In this document: in pieces, positions 20,266 through 30,503 of the stretch | How the letters are laid out: every line of letters starts with the position of its first letter | Numbering within the stretch: position 1 is the stretch's first letter | Source of the DNA: an uncultured Methanomicrobiales archaeon | GTDB lineage: Archaea; Halobacteriota; Methanomicrobia; Methanomicrobiales; Methanospirillaceae | DNA length: 64,000 bases | Assembly (NCBI GenBank): GCA_963697895.1 | Contig: OY969100.1 | Location: 1,536,001-1,600,000, forward strand | Direction: 5' to 3' | The notes under the pieces: model-generated | What the model saw: the letters and a program-made list of their open reading frames with translations, nothing else | What the model was told of the DNA's origin: nothing | Database searches by the model: none | Position numbers and translations under genes: made by a program

Positions 20266-20419
20266 CGTTGATCCCGATAAAAGTTCTGTTCCCGATCGAG
20301 ATTGCTGGGAATATGATTAGAACCCTTCTGATATGCCTATACACTTCCGATGATTTCAACCTCATTCTGGAGTAATAGTTATATAGTGGTTCGCGCAATT
20401 GAATCGCCTGAGGTAGACC

Positions 20420-20740
20420 ATGGATAAATTTGAACAGCTCCTGACAGACCTGCCCAAGATGCCCACGGACGAGCAGAACAAAGCCGTGAATAATTTAAGA
20501 GCGATGTGTATATGCCCGACTTGCCCCACGCATACGAATTGTGCAAAAAATGCAAATGAGATTCTCTTTTGCTGGAATGGAAAGAGCTTCATCTGCATCG
20601 ACTCCGAAAAGGACTGCTATTGCCCGAAATGCCCGGTGACGAAGGAAGTTGGGCTCAAGAATAAGTTCTTCTGTACCAGAGGAGCAGAGAAGGCGCAGCG
20701 GTATGAACACACTGTCTGGGGATCAACCCTTGTCCGGTGA
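20420..20740 (+). CDS. DUF2769 family Cys-rich protein
   Basis: CICPTCPT...LFC..GKS..C...CYCPKCPV...FFCTRG; GAGGT SD. Confidence 0.85.
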   Translation: MDKFEQLLTDLPKMPTDEQNKAVNNLRAMCICPTCPTHTNCAKNANEILFCWNGKSFICIDSEKDCYCPKCPVTKEVGLKNKFFCTRGAEKAQRYEHTVWGSTLVR

Positions 20741-20855
20741 ACTCCACCGTTCGTTATCATCTATCCTTTTCCGAACTTGGCGTCGATCGTACATCATCGA
20801 TACCGATTCTTCATCGATGCCTGCATTTATCCGTGTATTCATCTATCGAATAAAT

Positions 20856-21548
20856 ATGAATTTCGAAATCACCGGTGACAACCTGCAGATGGTTACCCTG
20901 AACCTTAATCCTGATGAGAGCATCTACGCTGATGCGGGAACCATGGTCAATATGAGTGGTAATATGGAGATGGAGTCCCATATTACGGGCGGCGTCCTGA
21001 AAGGACTGAAAAGAATGGCGACGGGGGAGAGCTTTTTCATGACGGAATTTACTCCCCGGGAGAAGAGAGGTTTCGCATCCTTCGCCGGAAGAATCCCGGG
21101 AAAGATCTTCCCGGTATATCTTCAGGGGGACACGTTTATTGCACAAAAGGAGGCTTTCCTCTGCGCGGAAAAGAGTGTCGATCTCGATATCGCCTTCCAG
21201 AAAAAGATCGCCTCCGGGGTCTTCGGCGGGGAGGGCTTTATTCTACAACGTCTTGAGGGAAACGGATATGCATTCCTTCATTGTTGCGGCGATATTATCG
21301 AACGGTACCTCCAGCCGGGAGAGGTCGTGAAGGTCGATACAGGACTTGTTGTGGGATTTGATGAACAGATTGATTACGATATCGCTCTTACGGGCGGTGT
21401 AGGGACGGTTTTATTCGGAGGGGAAGGGCTCTTTCTTACCACACTGACCGGGCCAGGGAAGGTAATCCTGCAGTCGATGAATCTTGGGCGCCTTGCCGCT
21501 TCTCTGGTTCCATATCTTCCAAAACCACCCCAGACAAAAAGTGCCTGA
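20856..21548 (+). CDS. AIM24/TIGR00266 family protein
   Basis: GESFF, FGGEGFILQ, FGGEGLF, GPGKVILQS. Confidence 0.92.
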   Translation: MNFEITGDNLQMVTLNLNPDESIYADAGTMVNMSGNMEMESHITGGVLKGLKRMATGESFFMTEFTPREKRGFASFAGRIPGKIFPVYLQGDTFIAQKEAFLCAEKSVDLDIAFQKKIASGVFGGEGFILQRLEGNGYAFLHCCGDIIERYLQPGEVVKVDTGLVVGFDEQIDYDIALTGGVGTVLFGGEGLFLTTLTGPGKVILQSMNLGRLAASLVPYLPKPPQTKSA

Positions 21549-22054
21549 TTGCCATCTCCCAAGGATTCCTCCGTTATCCGAGAGAAGGATGCCATAATTT
21601 GGTTTTCCCGGGGGCATTCAAGGGAATACCCCCGTGCGATTGAAGATCCCTGATAATAATACCACAAATCCGCCCTGAAAAAGACAAGGTCCTGGCAGTT
21701 CGAGTCATGGGTTTTGTTCAGAATTCAGTCACATATCCGGTTTACCGGTATAAACCCATGGATTTCGGCTTCTTCGGAGAGTCCCAGAACGGGTAGAACT
21801 TAGTATAACCCCACAAAATTCCTCCACAGACGGTACAAGCGTGGCATGCCCCGGAGGTATTCCAACCAGCTAAGCTTAAGAAGCTATTAAAAGTTCTGAG
21901 GGAAAAAACGGCACTATAACCGATCATCTTCGATGATCTCAAAATTCAGATTATATAAGCAGAATTTTAAGATGCCTTCCTGTGATTTGAATAAAGGATG
22001 ATTTCTTAATCGCCACACGAAACTTCTTTAAGGGTATTATCACAAGAGGGAAGC

Positions 22055-22513
22055 ATGGATCAGGTAGAGGAGAAAATACCCATATTTAATGCGAAGACCG
22101 GGAAGATTGAGACGGTGGGAAAGGTCCGGAAGACAGACCAGGAATGGAGTGCTATCCTGACTCCGGAGCAATTTCGCGTTGCACGCAAAAAAGGAACCGA
22201 ACCTGCTTTTTCAGGAAAATACCACGACTTCCATGAGAAAGGGGTCTATCAGTGTGTTTGTTGCGGGACGGATCTCTTTCGTTCTTCAGAAAAATTTGAA
22301 TCGGGAACAGGATGGCCGAGTTTTACAGCACCCATTGCCCCGGAAAATATTAAAACCGCCCCCGATACCTCATATTTTATGCGTCGGATCGAAGTACTCT
22401 GTGCCCGATGCGATGCCCATCTCGGGCATGTATTTGATGACGGGCCACCCCCTACTCATCAGAGGTTCTGTATGAACTCAGCATCCCTCACGTTTATTGC
22501 CTCAACCGGATGA
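22055..22513 (+). CDS. msrB: Peptide-methionine (R)-S-oxide reductase
   Basis: GTEPAF, SGTGWPSF, HLGHVFDDGP, RFCMNS; two CxxC pairs. Confidence 0.97.
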   Translation: MDQVEEKIPIFNAKTGKIETVGKVRKTDQEWSAILTPEQFRVARKKGTEPAFSGKYHDFHEKGVYQCVCCGTDLFRSSEKFESGTGWPSFTAPIAPENIKTAPDTSYFMRRIEVLCARCDAHLGHVFDDGPPPTHQRFCMNSASLTFIASTG

Positions 22514-22805
22514 ACTCACACCTCGTTCTTTTCGGGAGGAAATTACAAAATCATTTGATTCGTTGCCTTATTTGGGCCTTCCATTGCGGCAGATTGAAAT
22601 TTGGGCTAAATAACCCATCATTTTCACTGCATTGAGTGGAATTATCATGAGTCCTAAATTGCAGGCACGAAAAAACGGTGAGGGCCAGAAAGTCAGCGCG
22701 AATATCTCATACCGCATTCCGATTGATATACTTCGCTTTCTGCATATCACCGTTGCCACATTCATCTTCTGCATCAGGATGACGGGGAATCGATCTTGGT
22801 ACCGA

Positions 22806-23363
22806 TTACTGGCCTGCAACGATCAGGTAATGGTATAATCCTGCATCATTTATTTCCTGAATAATGAAGCCTGCAGAATTGATCAGGTTCACTGCTTTTT
22901 CAATGGAAAATCTCTTTGAAAGCGGCGGGCCGATATCCATCGGTTGATCTTTCCAGTCGAGATCAACCACCCGCCCGTTCGCCTGAAGCATTCTTTTCGC
23001 ATTCTTTAGCACCGCAACGGGATCTCTGAAATCATGCATATCTATCCCGAAAAAGACAATGTCTGCACATCCTTCGCAGAGCACCGCCTTTTCGCCCTCA
23101 TTGACCTCTAAAAACAGATTATTCAATCCATCCTCAGCCGCCCGACGATTCAGCCTGTCGATTGCATTGATGTCGGTATCAACACCGTAAACCCTTCCCT
23201 GCTGTCCTACCATCCGGGCCGCTGGGAGGGAAAAGTACCCATCACCACATCCGATATCGATGAATACCATTCCTGGCTGAACCCCGATGGACGAAAGGAT
23301 CTTCTCTGGATTCTGCCAGCGCATTCGGTCCGGATCATCCGCCCTGAACCGACTTCTGTTCAT
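22806..23363 (-). CDS. Class I SAM-dependent methyltransferase
   Basis: IDIGCGDG motif I; DWK...GPP. Confidence 0.9.
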   Translation of the reverse strand: MNRSRFRADDPDRMRWQNPEKILSSIGVQPGMVFIDIGCGDGYFSLPAARMVGQQGRVYGVDTDINAIDRLNRRAAEDGLNNLFLEVNEGEKAVLCEGCADIVFFGIDMHDFRDPVAVLKNAKRMLQANGRVVDLDWKDQPMDIGPPLSKRFSIEKAVNLINSAGFIIQEINDAGLYHYLIVAGQ

Positions 23364-23729
23364 GTTGGAATATATTCCTCTTTCAAGGTATTCGATATAT
23401 CCCCTGATGGAACTTTCCCTGAACCATCTGAAGCAAAGCCTGATTCAACCGTGCATGAAAAAGATAAGATCTAAAAGGAATGTCTCATATGATTTGCAAT
23501 TATTCTATTCCGATTGTATTTGTTCCCAGGAAAAACGTGGAGTTTTCGGTGTTCTGAAAGGAGTGATAAATCAACGAGGATGCGATGACCAAACACCCGC
23601 GAGGCAGACCTGAACGATTCTCCCGCCGTTCTCAATTGCAGTCTTGAAAAATACCCTACTCCTGTCCATATTCCCCTTGTTCGATAGCATTATCGTCTCT
23701 GCGGGTAACCCTCGTGTGAGGTGATGTGA

Positions 23730-23885
23730 ATGTGCACCGTTGGCGGACCCGTCGATATCGATATCCCACCGGATAGACTGAAGGGAAAAGATTACCGCTG
23801 CAAGGATTGTGGAGAACGGTTTAAAGGGGTCGGCAGAAAGCCGATGTGCCCGAGTTGTCAATCTGAAAATGTGTGTGAAGAATAA
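23730..23885 (+). CDS. 51-aa zinc-ribbon microprotein (not in the ORF track)
   Basis: GAGGTGA SD; MCTVGGPVDIDIPPDRLKGKDYRCKDCGERFKGVGRKPMCPSCQSENVCEE. Confidence 0.8.
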   Translation: MCTVGGPVDIDIPPDRLKGKDYRCKDCGERFKGVGRKPMCPSCQSENVCEE

Positions 23886-24229
23886 AAGAAAATATTATTT
23901 TAGCCCATCGGACCTACAGGAGAGGCGGTCATTATATTTTGGGAATCCTGCGCTCCCTGAAATCCTGCACCAATGAGAAATCTTCCTTCGAGAACAGGTG
24001 CGAAACAAATCGTAATATCCGGTTTGATGCATGATCGGAAGCGCAGATATCTGTTTGAGTTATGGGAACAGACTCCCCGCCTCCATGGTATATACATCCA
24101 GGCTTGGCATGCATGGAAAGAGGCGATCCGTAAGAACCGTTGGTGAAGAATCGAGGTGATGAAGGGCGAACTGTAAGGATCAGGTCACTTAATAGGTCAC
24201 GGAAACAAAATATAGATAACGTGATTAAT

Positions 24230-24688
24230 ATGCGTATATCAGCAATATTACTCATTTCATTGGGAATTTTCCTTGCAATTCTTGTGGCAGGCTGTGCCCA
24301 GCTCTCCCAGAATGGCACGCCGACGCCTACACCAACGATCCTCCAGGGTACTCCCGGACCGAATCTTTCTCCAAGTCCGACCGATGTCGTTCCTGAGTAT
24401 TATTTCGTAGCCATCGAAGCAAGCCGAAACACTCTCTCTTTCGATCCAACTATTCGGGTAACTTTCCGGGGAGGGGCAGGAATGAATTTTGTCAGTAATC
24501 TGGATGTCATGGTAATTCGCAGCGATGGCGTAGGGGAATCCAAAACCTTTTTCAAACCCTTACACGTAGGGGATTTCGTAGACTTAAAGGGAACGACAGG
24601 CAAAGACCGGGTAATAGTGACCATGCAGATGATCAACGGGGATTCGTACAAAATCTATGATAAAGTGCTGGAATTCCGGGTAAATTGA
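24230..24688 (+). CDS. Putative lipoprotein
   Basis: Lipobox LVAG-C, PT-rich linker, FRGGAG...GTTGKDRV domain. Confidence 0.8.
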   Translation: MRISAILLISLGIFLAILVAGCAQLSQNGTPTPTPTILQGTPGPNLSPSPTDVVPEYYFVAIEASRNTLSFDPTIRVTFRGGAGMNFVSNLDVMVIRSDGVGESKTFFKPLHVGDFVDLKGTTGKDRVIVTMQMINGDSYKIYDKVLEFRVN

Positions 24689-24775
24689 TGTGTGCGTGGG
24701 GAATACAGTCGGGAACATCAATTTGCATCCGGAGTATAAAGGCGAAATATAAACATATCATAATGGGAGAGAAAG

Positions 24776-24976
24776 ATGATTCGTGATAAGTTGTGCCCGG
24801 TCGATAAAAAACCGTGTATCGAAGAGTTATGTGCGATTTACCAGCCGGAGGTGCGACAATGCAGCTGGGCGCGGGCTGTTCCGTCCGGTCATCCCGTTCC
24901 AAACCGGACCGAGCTGGAACGAAAGAAACAGGTGTACGAGAAGCCTTCCCGGTTCAAGGCCCATCTGTTTGATTGA
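24776..24976 (+). CDS. Small Cys-containing hypothetical protein
   Basis: CP...PC...CA...CSW; purine-rich SD; T-run after the stop. Confidence 0.65.
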   Translation: MIRDKLCPVDKKPCIEELCAIYQPEVRQCSWARAVPSGHPVPNRTELERKKQVYEKPSRFKAHLFD

Positions 24977-24996
24977 GTAATTTGTTCTTATTTTTT

Positions 24997-26436
24997 TCAA
25001 TACGGACCGGTATTTCTGATTATAGAGACGCCGGTCCCCATAAAACAGAGTGCTGCTCCAATTATCATGATGATACTGATGGAGGAGGCAAGAAGTATCG
25101 GATCCGCATCGATCACAGGGCCTACATAACCACCTGACTTGAGCAGGAACGTGATCAGAATACTTGAGAAAGACACCCCCAGTGTCATTCCCAGGTTTCT
25201 GATGGTTGCACTTACGCTGGATGCCACCCCTATCTTTTCCAGGGGAAGAGCACGCATGATCTCGGTATTGTTCGGGCTCTGAAACAGGGCGTTCCCAATG
25301 GCAAGAGGAATGAATCCTATAACGATCATGATGAGATCCATCGTTCGTGCTGCATAGCTCAGATAAAGGAGAGATATCCCGGAAAGGGTAATTCCTGCGG
25401 CGGCCATGAACCGGTACTGGTATTTGTCGAAGACCCAGCCCGTAATCGGTGCCGCAATGACCATGATCAGGGGGGCAATCAGGAACACAAGTCCAACCTG
25501 GGAGGGGTTCAGGCCCATTACACCTTCAAAATAAAACGGACCGATGATATTAATCATGAAAATGGCGACAAAGAGGAGGATCATACTGATATTCGCAAGT
25601 GTGAACCTGCTATTTCGAAAGATAGTCAGGTCAAGCAGGGGATTGGGGGTTTTACGCTCCCGGAGAAGGAAAAAGAAAAGAGCGCCGATGCAGATCGCAG
25701 AATAAAGCAGGATTGGGCCGCTTATGACCAGATTCTGTGCAAATTCGCCGAGCAGCAGGATAAGGGACCCCATTCCCGTGATCATCGCTGCTGCCCCAGG
25801 CCAGTCCATCCGGAGGTTGGATGATCGGGTCTCTTTTATCTTCAGATATTTAAAACCAAGAATAAGGAGGACGATCCCAATCGGGACATTGATCAGGAAT
25901 ATATATTGCCACCCGATGGCATCAGTAATGAACCCTCCAAGCATAGGGGCGGCGATGCTTGCAATCGCTATAGTAGCCCCGATATATCCCATTGCCATTC
26001 CTTGCTCCCCTTTTGGGAATATCTCAAAGATTATCGCGCTGCTGATAGAGAATACCATCGCTGCACCTGTTGCCTGGATGATACGAAAAAGAATGAGGGG
26101 AGGGAGAGCAACGGAAAGGCCGCAGGCCAAGGAACTTCCTGTAAATAATGCAAACCCTGCCATGAACAGCCGTGTCTTACCTAAATATTCCGCAACTTTC
26201 CCAAAGACGAGGAGAAGACTGGTCTCAGTTATCAGGTATGCCGTGATCACCCACTGAGACTCAGCGACCGGAACGCCAAAGTAACGGGTCATGGTCGGAA
26301 GGGCAATGGCGACAACTACCCCGTCTATCACTGCCATAGCAATTCCTATCAGGATGATGAACATGATAATCCGCCGGTTTGGATGTCCTTTACCGGTGTC
26401 CAGTTCAGTTTCCTTTTCAGTTATCGCGATCCTCAC
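24997..26436 (-). CDS. MFS transporter, DHA2 (EmrB/QacA) family
   Basis: About 14 TM segments; IALPT, WQYIFLINVPIG, PLLDL, FQSPNN. Confidence 0.92.
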   Translation of the reverse strand: MRIAITEKETELDTGKGHPNRRIIMFIILIGIAMAVIDGVVVAIALPTMTRYFGVPVAESQWVITAYLITETSLLLVFGKVAEYLGKTRLFMAGFALFTGSSLACGLSVALPPLILFRIIQATGAAMVFSISSAIIFEIFPKGEQGMAMGYIGATIAIASIAAPMLGGFITDAIGWQYIFLINVPIGIVLLILGFKYLKIKETRSSNLRMDWPGAAAMITGMGSLILLLGEFAQNLVISGPILLYSAICIGALFFFLLRERKTPNPLLDLTIFRNSRFTLANISMILLFVAIFMINIIGPFYFEGVMGLNPSQVGLVFLIAPLIMVIAAPITGWVFDKYQYRFMAAAGITLSGISLLYLSYAARTMDLIMIVIGFIPLAIGNALFQSPNNTEIMRALPLEKIGVASSVSATIRNLGMTLGVSFSSILITFLLKSGGYVGPVIDADPILLASSISIIMIIGAALCFMGTGVSIIRNTGPY

Positions 26437-26632
26437 CCTGATGCTGTATTGGGGATGTGGCTTTCAGGAAAAAGCGAGCAATCCCTTTTCATCACTATTG
26501 GAGGTTCACCAGTATTAAGAGAAAGGATATGGTATGCAATCTGGGAAAACCCCTAATCGAGCGAAACCCATACGTTCCGAGGCTTACAGGTTAAAAAATA
26601 AATTGGAATTTTTCATTTTCATTTTCATACAG

Positions 26633-26830
26633 TCAGGAGATCATCCTGATTGCTGACTTTTCCGGGTCCACCTTATACATTTTCGGGTGATCCAGGAGAT
26701 CCAATGCGTTGACCTTCTGATCGATGAGGTCCCCGTATTCAAAGAAGATACTCTTCATCTGATTCTTTTCCTCAAATACAACAATAATGCCGTCATTCCT
26801 CTTGACACCGGTGATGATTTCGTACATCAT
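26633..26830 (-). CDS. Small hypothetical protein
   Basis: 65-aa ORF with plausible composition, isolated between genes. Confidence 0.5.
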   Translation of the reverse strand: MMYEIITGVKRNDGIIVVFEEKNQMKSIFFEYGDLIDQKVNALDLLDHPKMYKVDPEKSAIRMIS

Positions 26831-26949
26831 ATTTGTCAGGGATGTTTGTTGAATTTAATAAAGGTATCCTAACTCGGGTACGAATATCAGGTGAGTCAAA
26901 ACCGATCAGATACTAGGGTATTATACTGCTGATTCGCGAAGATCTGTGG

Positions 26950-27558
26950 ATGAATGAACATAATGACCTTACCGGTTCAATGGTTTCAATCCGGGATCAT
27001 ACCGGAAACCCGGCCCCGCTCGGCCTTCTTGCCTTTGGGATGACAACAGTTCTTCTGAATCTTCACAATGCAGGTTATTTCACTCTGGGGAGCGTGATCC
27101 TCTCGATGGGAATTTTTTATGGAGGAATTGCCCAGGTGATCGCAGGGTGGATGGAGTGGAAACGGGGAAATACGTTTGCATCCACGGCATTTGTCTCTTT
27201 CGGGCTGTTCTGGATTTCGCTTGTCTTCATTCTCATCCTCCCCGGTGTCGGAATAGGGGAGACGAATTCTCCAATAGAATTGGCTGCATATCTCCTTATT
27301 TGGGCATTACTCGTTGCAGGTCTGTTTATCGGTACACTTAAATTTAACCGGGCAATGCAGGTCATCTTTGCATCGGTCGTAATTCTGTTTGTCCTTCTTG
27401 CAATCGGGACTCTCACCGGAAGCGTGTTGATAACCCGGATAGCGGGGTATGAAGGCATCTTTGCAGGATTTTGCGCGATCTACACCGGTCTTGCGCTGGT
27501 GATCAATGAGACTTACGGAGAAGGAAAGATGATCGTTCCCCTCTGGCCGGTAAAATAA
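26950..27558 (+). CDS. Acetate uptake transporter (SatP/GPR1/FUN34/YaaH family)
   Basis: NPAPLGLLAFGMTT signature; FYGGIAQ; GNTF. Confidence 0.95.
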   Translation: MNEHNDLTGSMVSIRDHTGNPAPLGLLAFGMTTVLLNLHNAGYFTLGSVILSMGIFYGGIAQVIAGWMEWKRGNTFASTAFVSFGLFWISLVFILILPGVGIGETNSPIELAAYLLIWALLVAGLFIGTLKFNRAMQVIFASVVILFVLLAIGTLTGSVLITRIAGYEGIFAGFCAIYTGLALVINETYGEGKMIVPLWPVK

Positions 27559-27684
27559 GACATTCAGAATGCCACTTTTTTTATTTCAACCCTTAATTGA
27601 TAGGATTTTGGTTATAAAAAAGATGCTCTATCTTGAATAATCCATAACAACGCAGAAGATGAATGAGGACTATCATTGTAATAC

Positions 27685-27727
27685 GCGAAGGTTGCCGAGA
27701 CAGGTCAAAGGCGCTGGATTAAGGGTC
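27685..27727 (+). pseudogene. 5' portion of a diverged tRNA-Leu
   Basis: GCGAAGG-TT-GCCGAGACAGGTCAAAGGC-G-CTGGA-TT-AAG-GG-TC; D-loop identical to the downstream tRNA-Leu. Confidence 0.8.
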
Positions 27728-27772
27728 TCATACTATTAAATGATACTAAATCCATTATTTGATCACCCTGGC

Positions 27773-27857
27773 GCGGGGGTTTCCGAGACAGGTCAAAGGA
27801 GTGGGATTTAGGGTCCCATCTCGTAGGAGTTCAAGGGTTCGAATCCCTTCCCCCGCA
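27773..27857 (+). tRNA. tRNA-Leu(UAG)
   Basis: GCGGGGG...TGGGA-TT-TAG-GG-TCCCA, long variable arm CTCGTAGGAG, AAGGG-TTCGAAT-CCCTT, CCCCCGC-A; TATTAAAT box at about 27734. Confidence 0.96.
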
Positions 27858-27862
27858 TGAAA

Positions 27863-27938
27863 ATCCACTTCGCTCAAAGATTGAATTTAAGAAATTCAAA
27901 AATATGTTGAGTTTAGGTGTTCGAAACCTTCCCTTGCA
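27863..27938 (+). pseudogene. 3' portion of a diverged tRNA-Leu
   Basis: GAGTTTAGGTGTTCGAAACCTTCCCTTGCA aligns to GAGTTCAAGGGTTCGAATCCCTTCCCCCGCA of the intact tRNA. Confidence 0.65.
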
Positions 27939-28025
27939 TACCGGTGATCTAAAAATCTTTGGTAGACGAGCGTTCTATAAGCCCGGTTTAAAATGGATCG
28001 GTGAATTTTTCCGAAAATATTTTCC

Positions 28026-30480
28026 TTAAAACCTTGCCTCATTATTCTTATAACCAATTCTCCGGGAGTATACCTTCCGTAGCCCGAGAAGGCTGATGAT
28101 TGCCATGGTAACTAATGCGATGAGGAAGACCGCTTCCGGAGGGATCGCGATAAGACTGATCGCTCTGCTGATGACAGGAACATAGATCGCTGCAATGAGG
28201 AACGCGATCGCCGCAAATGCCCAGATATTAATGACCCGGTTTGAAAATACCCCGATAGAAAGAAGTGAACTCCGGTCGGTTCGGGACATATAAGCAAGCG
28301 CAATATGTCCGAAGATCCACGCCGAAAATGCATACGTCTGGATTTCAGTAGTACTCATATGGAGCGATCCAGCTGTAAAGTACACCACCATGACTGCGAC
28401 AAAGAGGACGATCCCATTGAGGATGATATCTCCGACAACACGCCGTGAGAGAACTTTCGCCATTCGCTCATGCGGTTTCGTATAGATATCGCCTTCTGCC
28501 GGTTCAGCAACAAATCCAGCCGATGCACCGAGATCCATGAAAAGTTCGAGGACGATGATCTGAATCGGTGCAAACGGGAGTGCGATACCCGCAAATACGG
28601 GCAGGAGGAAGATCATAATCAGGGCGAGCTTGATGGACAGGTAGTACCGTATCCCCTTCCTGAGGTTATCCGCGAACTTTCGTCCCTCGAAGATACCATT
28701 CGTGATGGTGACGTAGTTATCGTCTGCCAGGACCACCCCTGCCGCATCCTTTGCCACATCTGTTCCCCGTATCCCCATCGCAATCCCGATATCCGCCCCT
28801 CTGAGTGCGAGCGCATCGTTGATCCCATCACCGGTAACCGCAACGATTTCCCCGTTTTTCTGCAATGCCTGCACGATACGGAACTTGTGGTCCGGGGTGG
28901 TGCGGGCAAAGACAGGGACGGAACTGACTGCAGTCTGCAGATCAGTATCCGACATTGCATCGAGGTCCGTACCAGTCATCAGACGGCTCCCCTCTGGAAA
29001 TATGCCGATTTCCCGTGCAATGGCAGCCGCTGTCCCGGGATGATCTCCGGTCACCATGATCGTCCGGATCCCGGCTTCTGCTGCCTGCGCGATCGTCTCC
29101 TTCACCCCTTCACGAGGAGGATCCACGAAACTGATGAGACCGACGAACTCAAGGTTCTTTTCAAGATAACTCCATTTCTGATCGCGGTCCTCGGGACGGA
29201 GTATTCGTGATGCGACGGCGATCACCCGTCGGCCGTTTTCCGCCTCTGCGATTAGCCACTCCTGTGCTTCTTTCGGGATATGCGTGCAGAAACTAAAGAC
29301 TTCCTCCGGGGCCCCATTCATATGGAGATGCATACCTGTCCCTTCTTCCCGGATCACTGACCGTGTTTTTCTTCCGTTCCCAAAGTCCCGCTGTTTGACG
29401 ATCGTCGAGCCATCTTCTTTCAAAGCCAGAAACCCGGCCTGATCCCGGATTACCTGGTCGATAGGAGACTGTGCATACAGCGATAACCCCTTCAGCGCCA
29501 CTCCGAGAAGCTGGGATTCTTCAGGCGGATAAAAGGCCGCGATATGCATCCGACTCTCGGTGAGGGTGCCTGTCTTGTCGGTGACAATGACCGTTGCAGT
29601 CCCCATGGTCTCGGCTGCTTTCAGCTGTTTTACCAAAAATTTGTGTTTCGAGAGCTGATACGCACCGAGCCCGAGGACCATCGTGATGATGATCGGGAGT
29701 TCCTCCGGAATGGTTGCAAATGCGAGTGAAAGGCCGGTCAGTACCATCGTCCTGATATCGTTTCCCTGCAGTATACCCACAACAGTGATCAGTATCGAGA
29801 AGAACGCCGCAATGAAAACCAGTTTTCCGGCGAGCGCCTTCATCTCGAGTTGGAGCCGTGTCCTCGGGGGACGGATGCTCTGAGCGGATGCCGCAAGTTT
29901 TCCAAGCCGGGTAGCCTTCCCGGTCTGTTCCACTTCAGCATCCCCTTCTCCGGATACGATTACGGTTCCGGCATAGATCTCGTCGCCCGCACTTTTTTCG
30001 ACAGGGAATGACTCCCCGGTCAGGGCAGACTCATCCACCTGGAGCACAATTGAACGCCGGATGAGCCCATCTGCTGCCACCCTGGTGCCGGCGGTGAGCA
30101 CGAGGAGATCTCCGGGAACGACAGTAAGAGTATCGATTTCGGTAATGATCCCGTCCCTGAACACCCGTGCCTGCGGTGCGGCTATCTGTTCAAGGGCGGT
30201 AATAGGCTTTCTTTGCCCGGAACTCATTATTTACTTCTGCAATAACTAGTATAACGATGACAACGATGATGGTAGCGGCATCGAACAACGAGCCCCAGAT
30301 GCTATATATCACTCCGATAAAGAGCAGAAGCAGGATCATCGGTTCCGTGATTTCGTGCCGCGCAATTCCCAAGAAACTGATCTTCTGCCGGCTGTATATC
30401 TCGTTCGGCCCGTATTCCTTCAGGAGACGTTCTGCTTCCGCATGATTCAAGCCATCTGTATTGGCGGTCATTATAGTCAA
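28026..30480 (-). CDS. Cation-transporting P-type ATPase (P2-like), one frameshift near 30204
   Basis: GLNHAEAERLLKEYGPNEI in ORF 30190..30480; TGES, PEEL, DKTGTLT, TGD, GDGIND in ORF 28026..30227; removing one base fuses the two. Confidence 0.9.
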
Positions 30481-30503
30481 TCAGATCTGGGGATTGGGTG
30501 AGT

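Noticed and set aside
21698-21706. GTTCGAGTC identical to the tRNA-His T-loop, a possible attR
   Set aside because: Only 9 bp and flanks do not match; expected by chance
27728-27755. Short canonical intron joining the outer tRNA 5' half to ATCCAT at 27750
   Set aside because: No BHB central helix, and no variable or T arm follows
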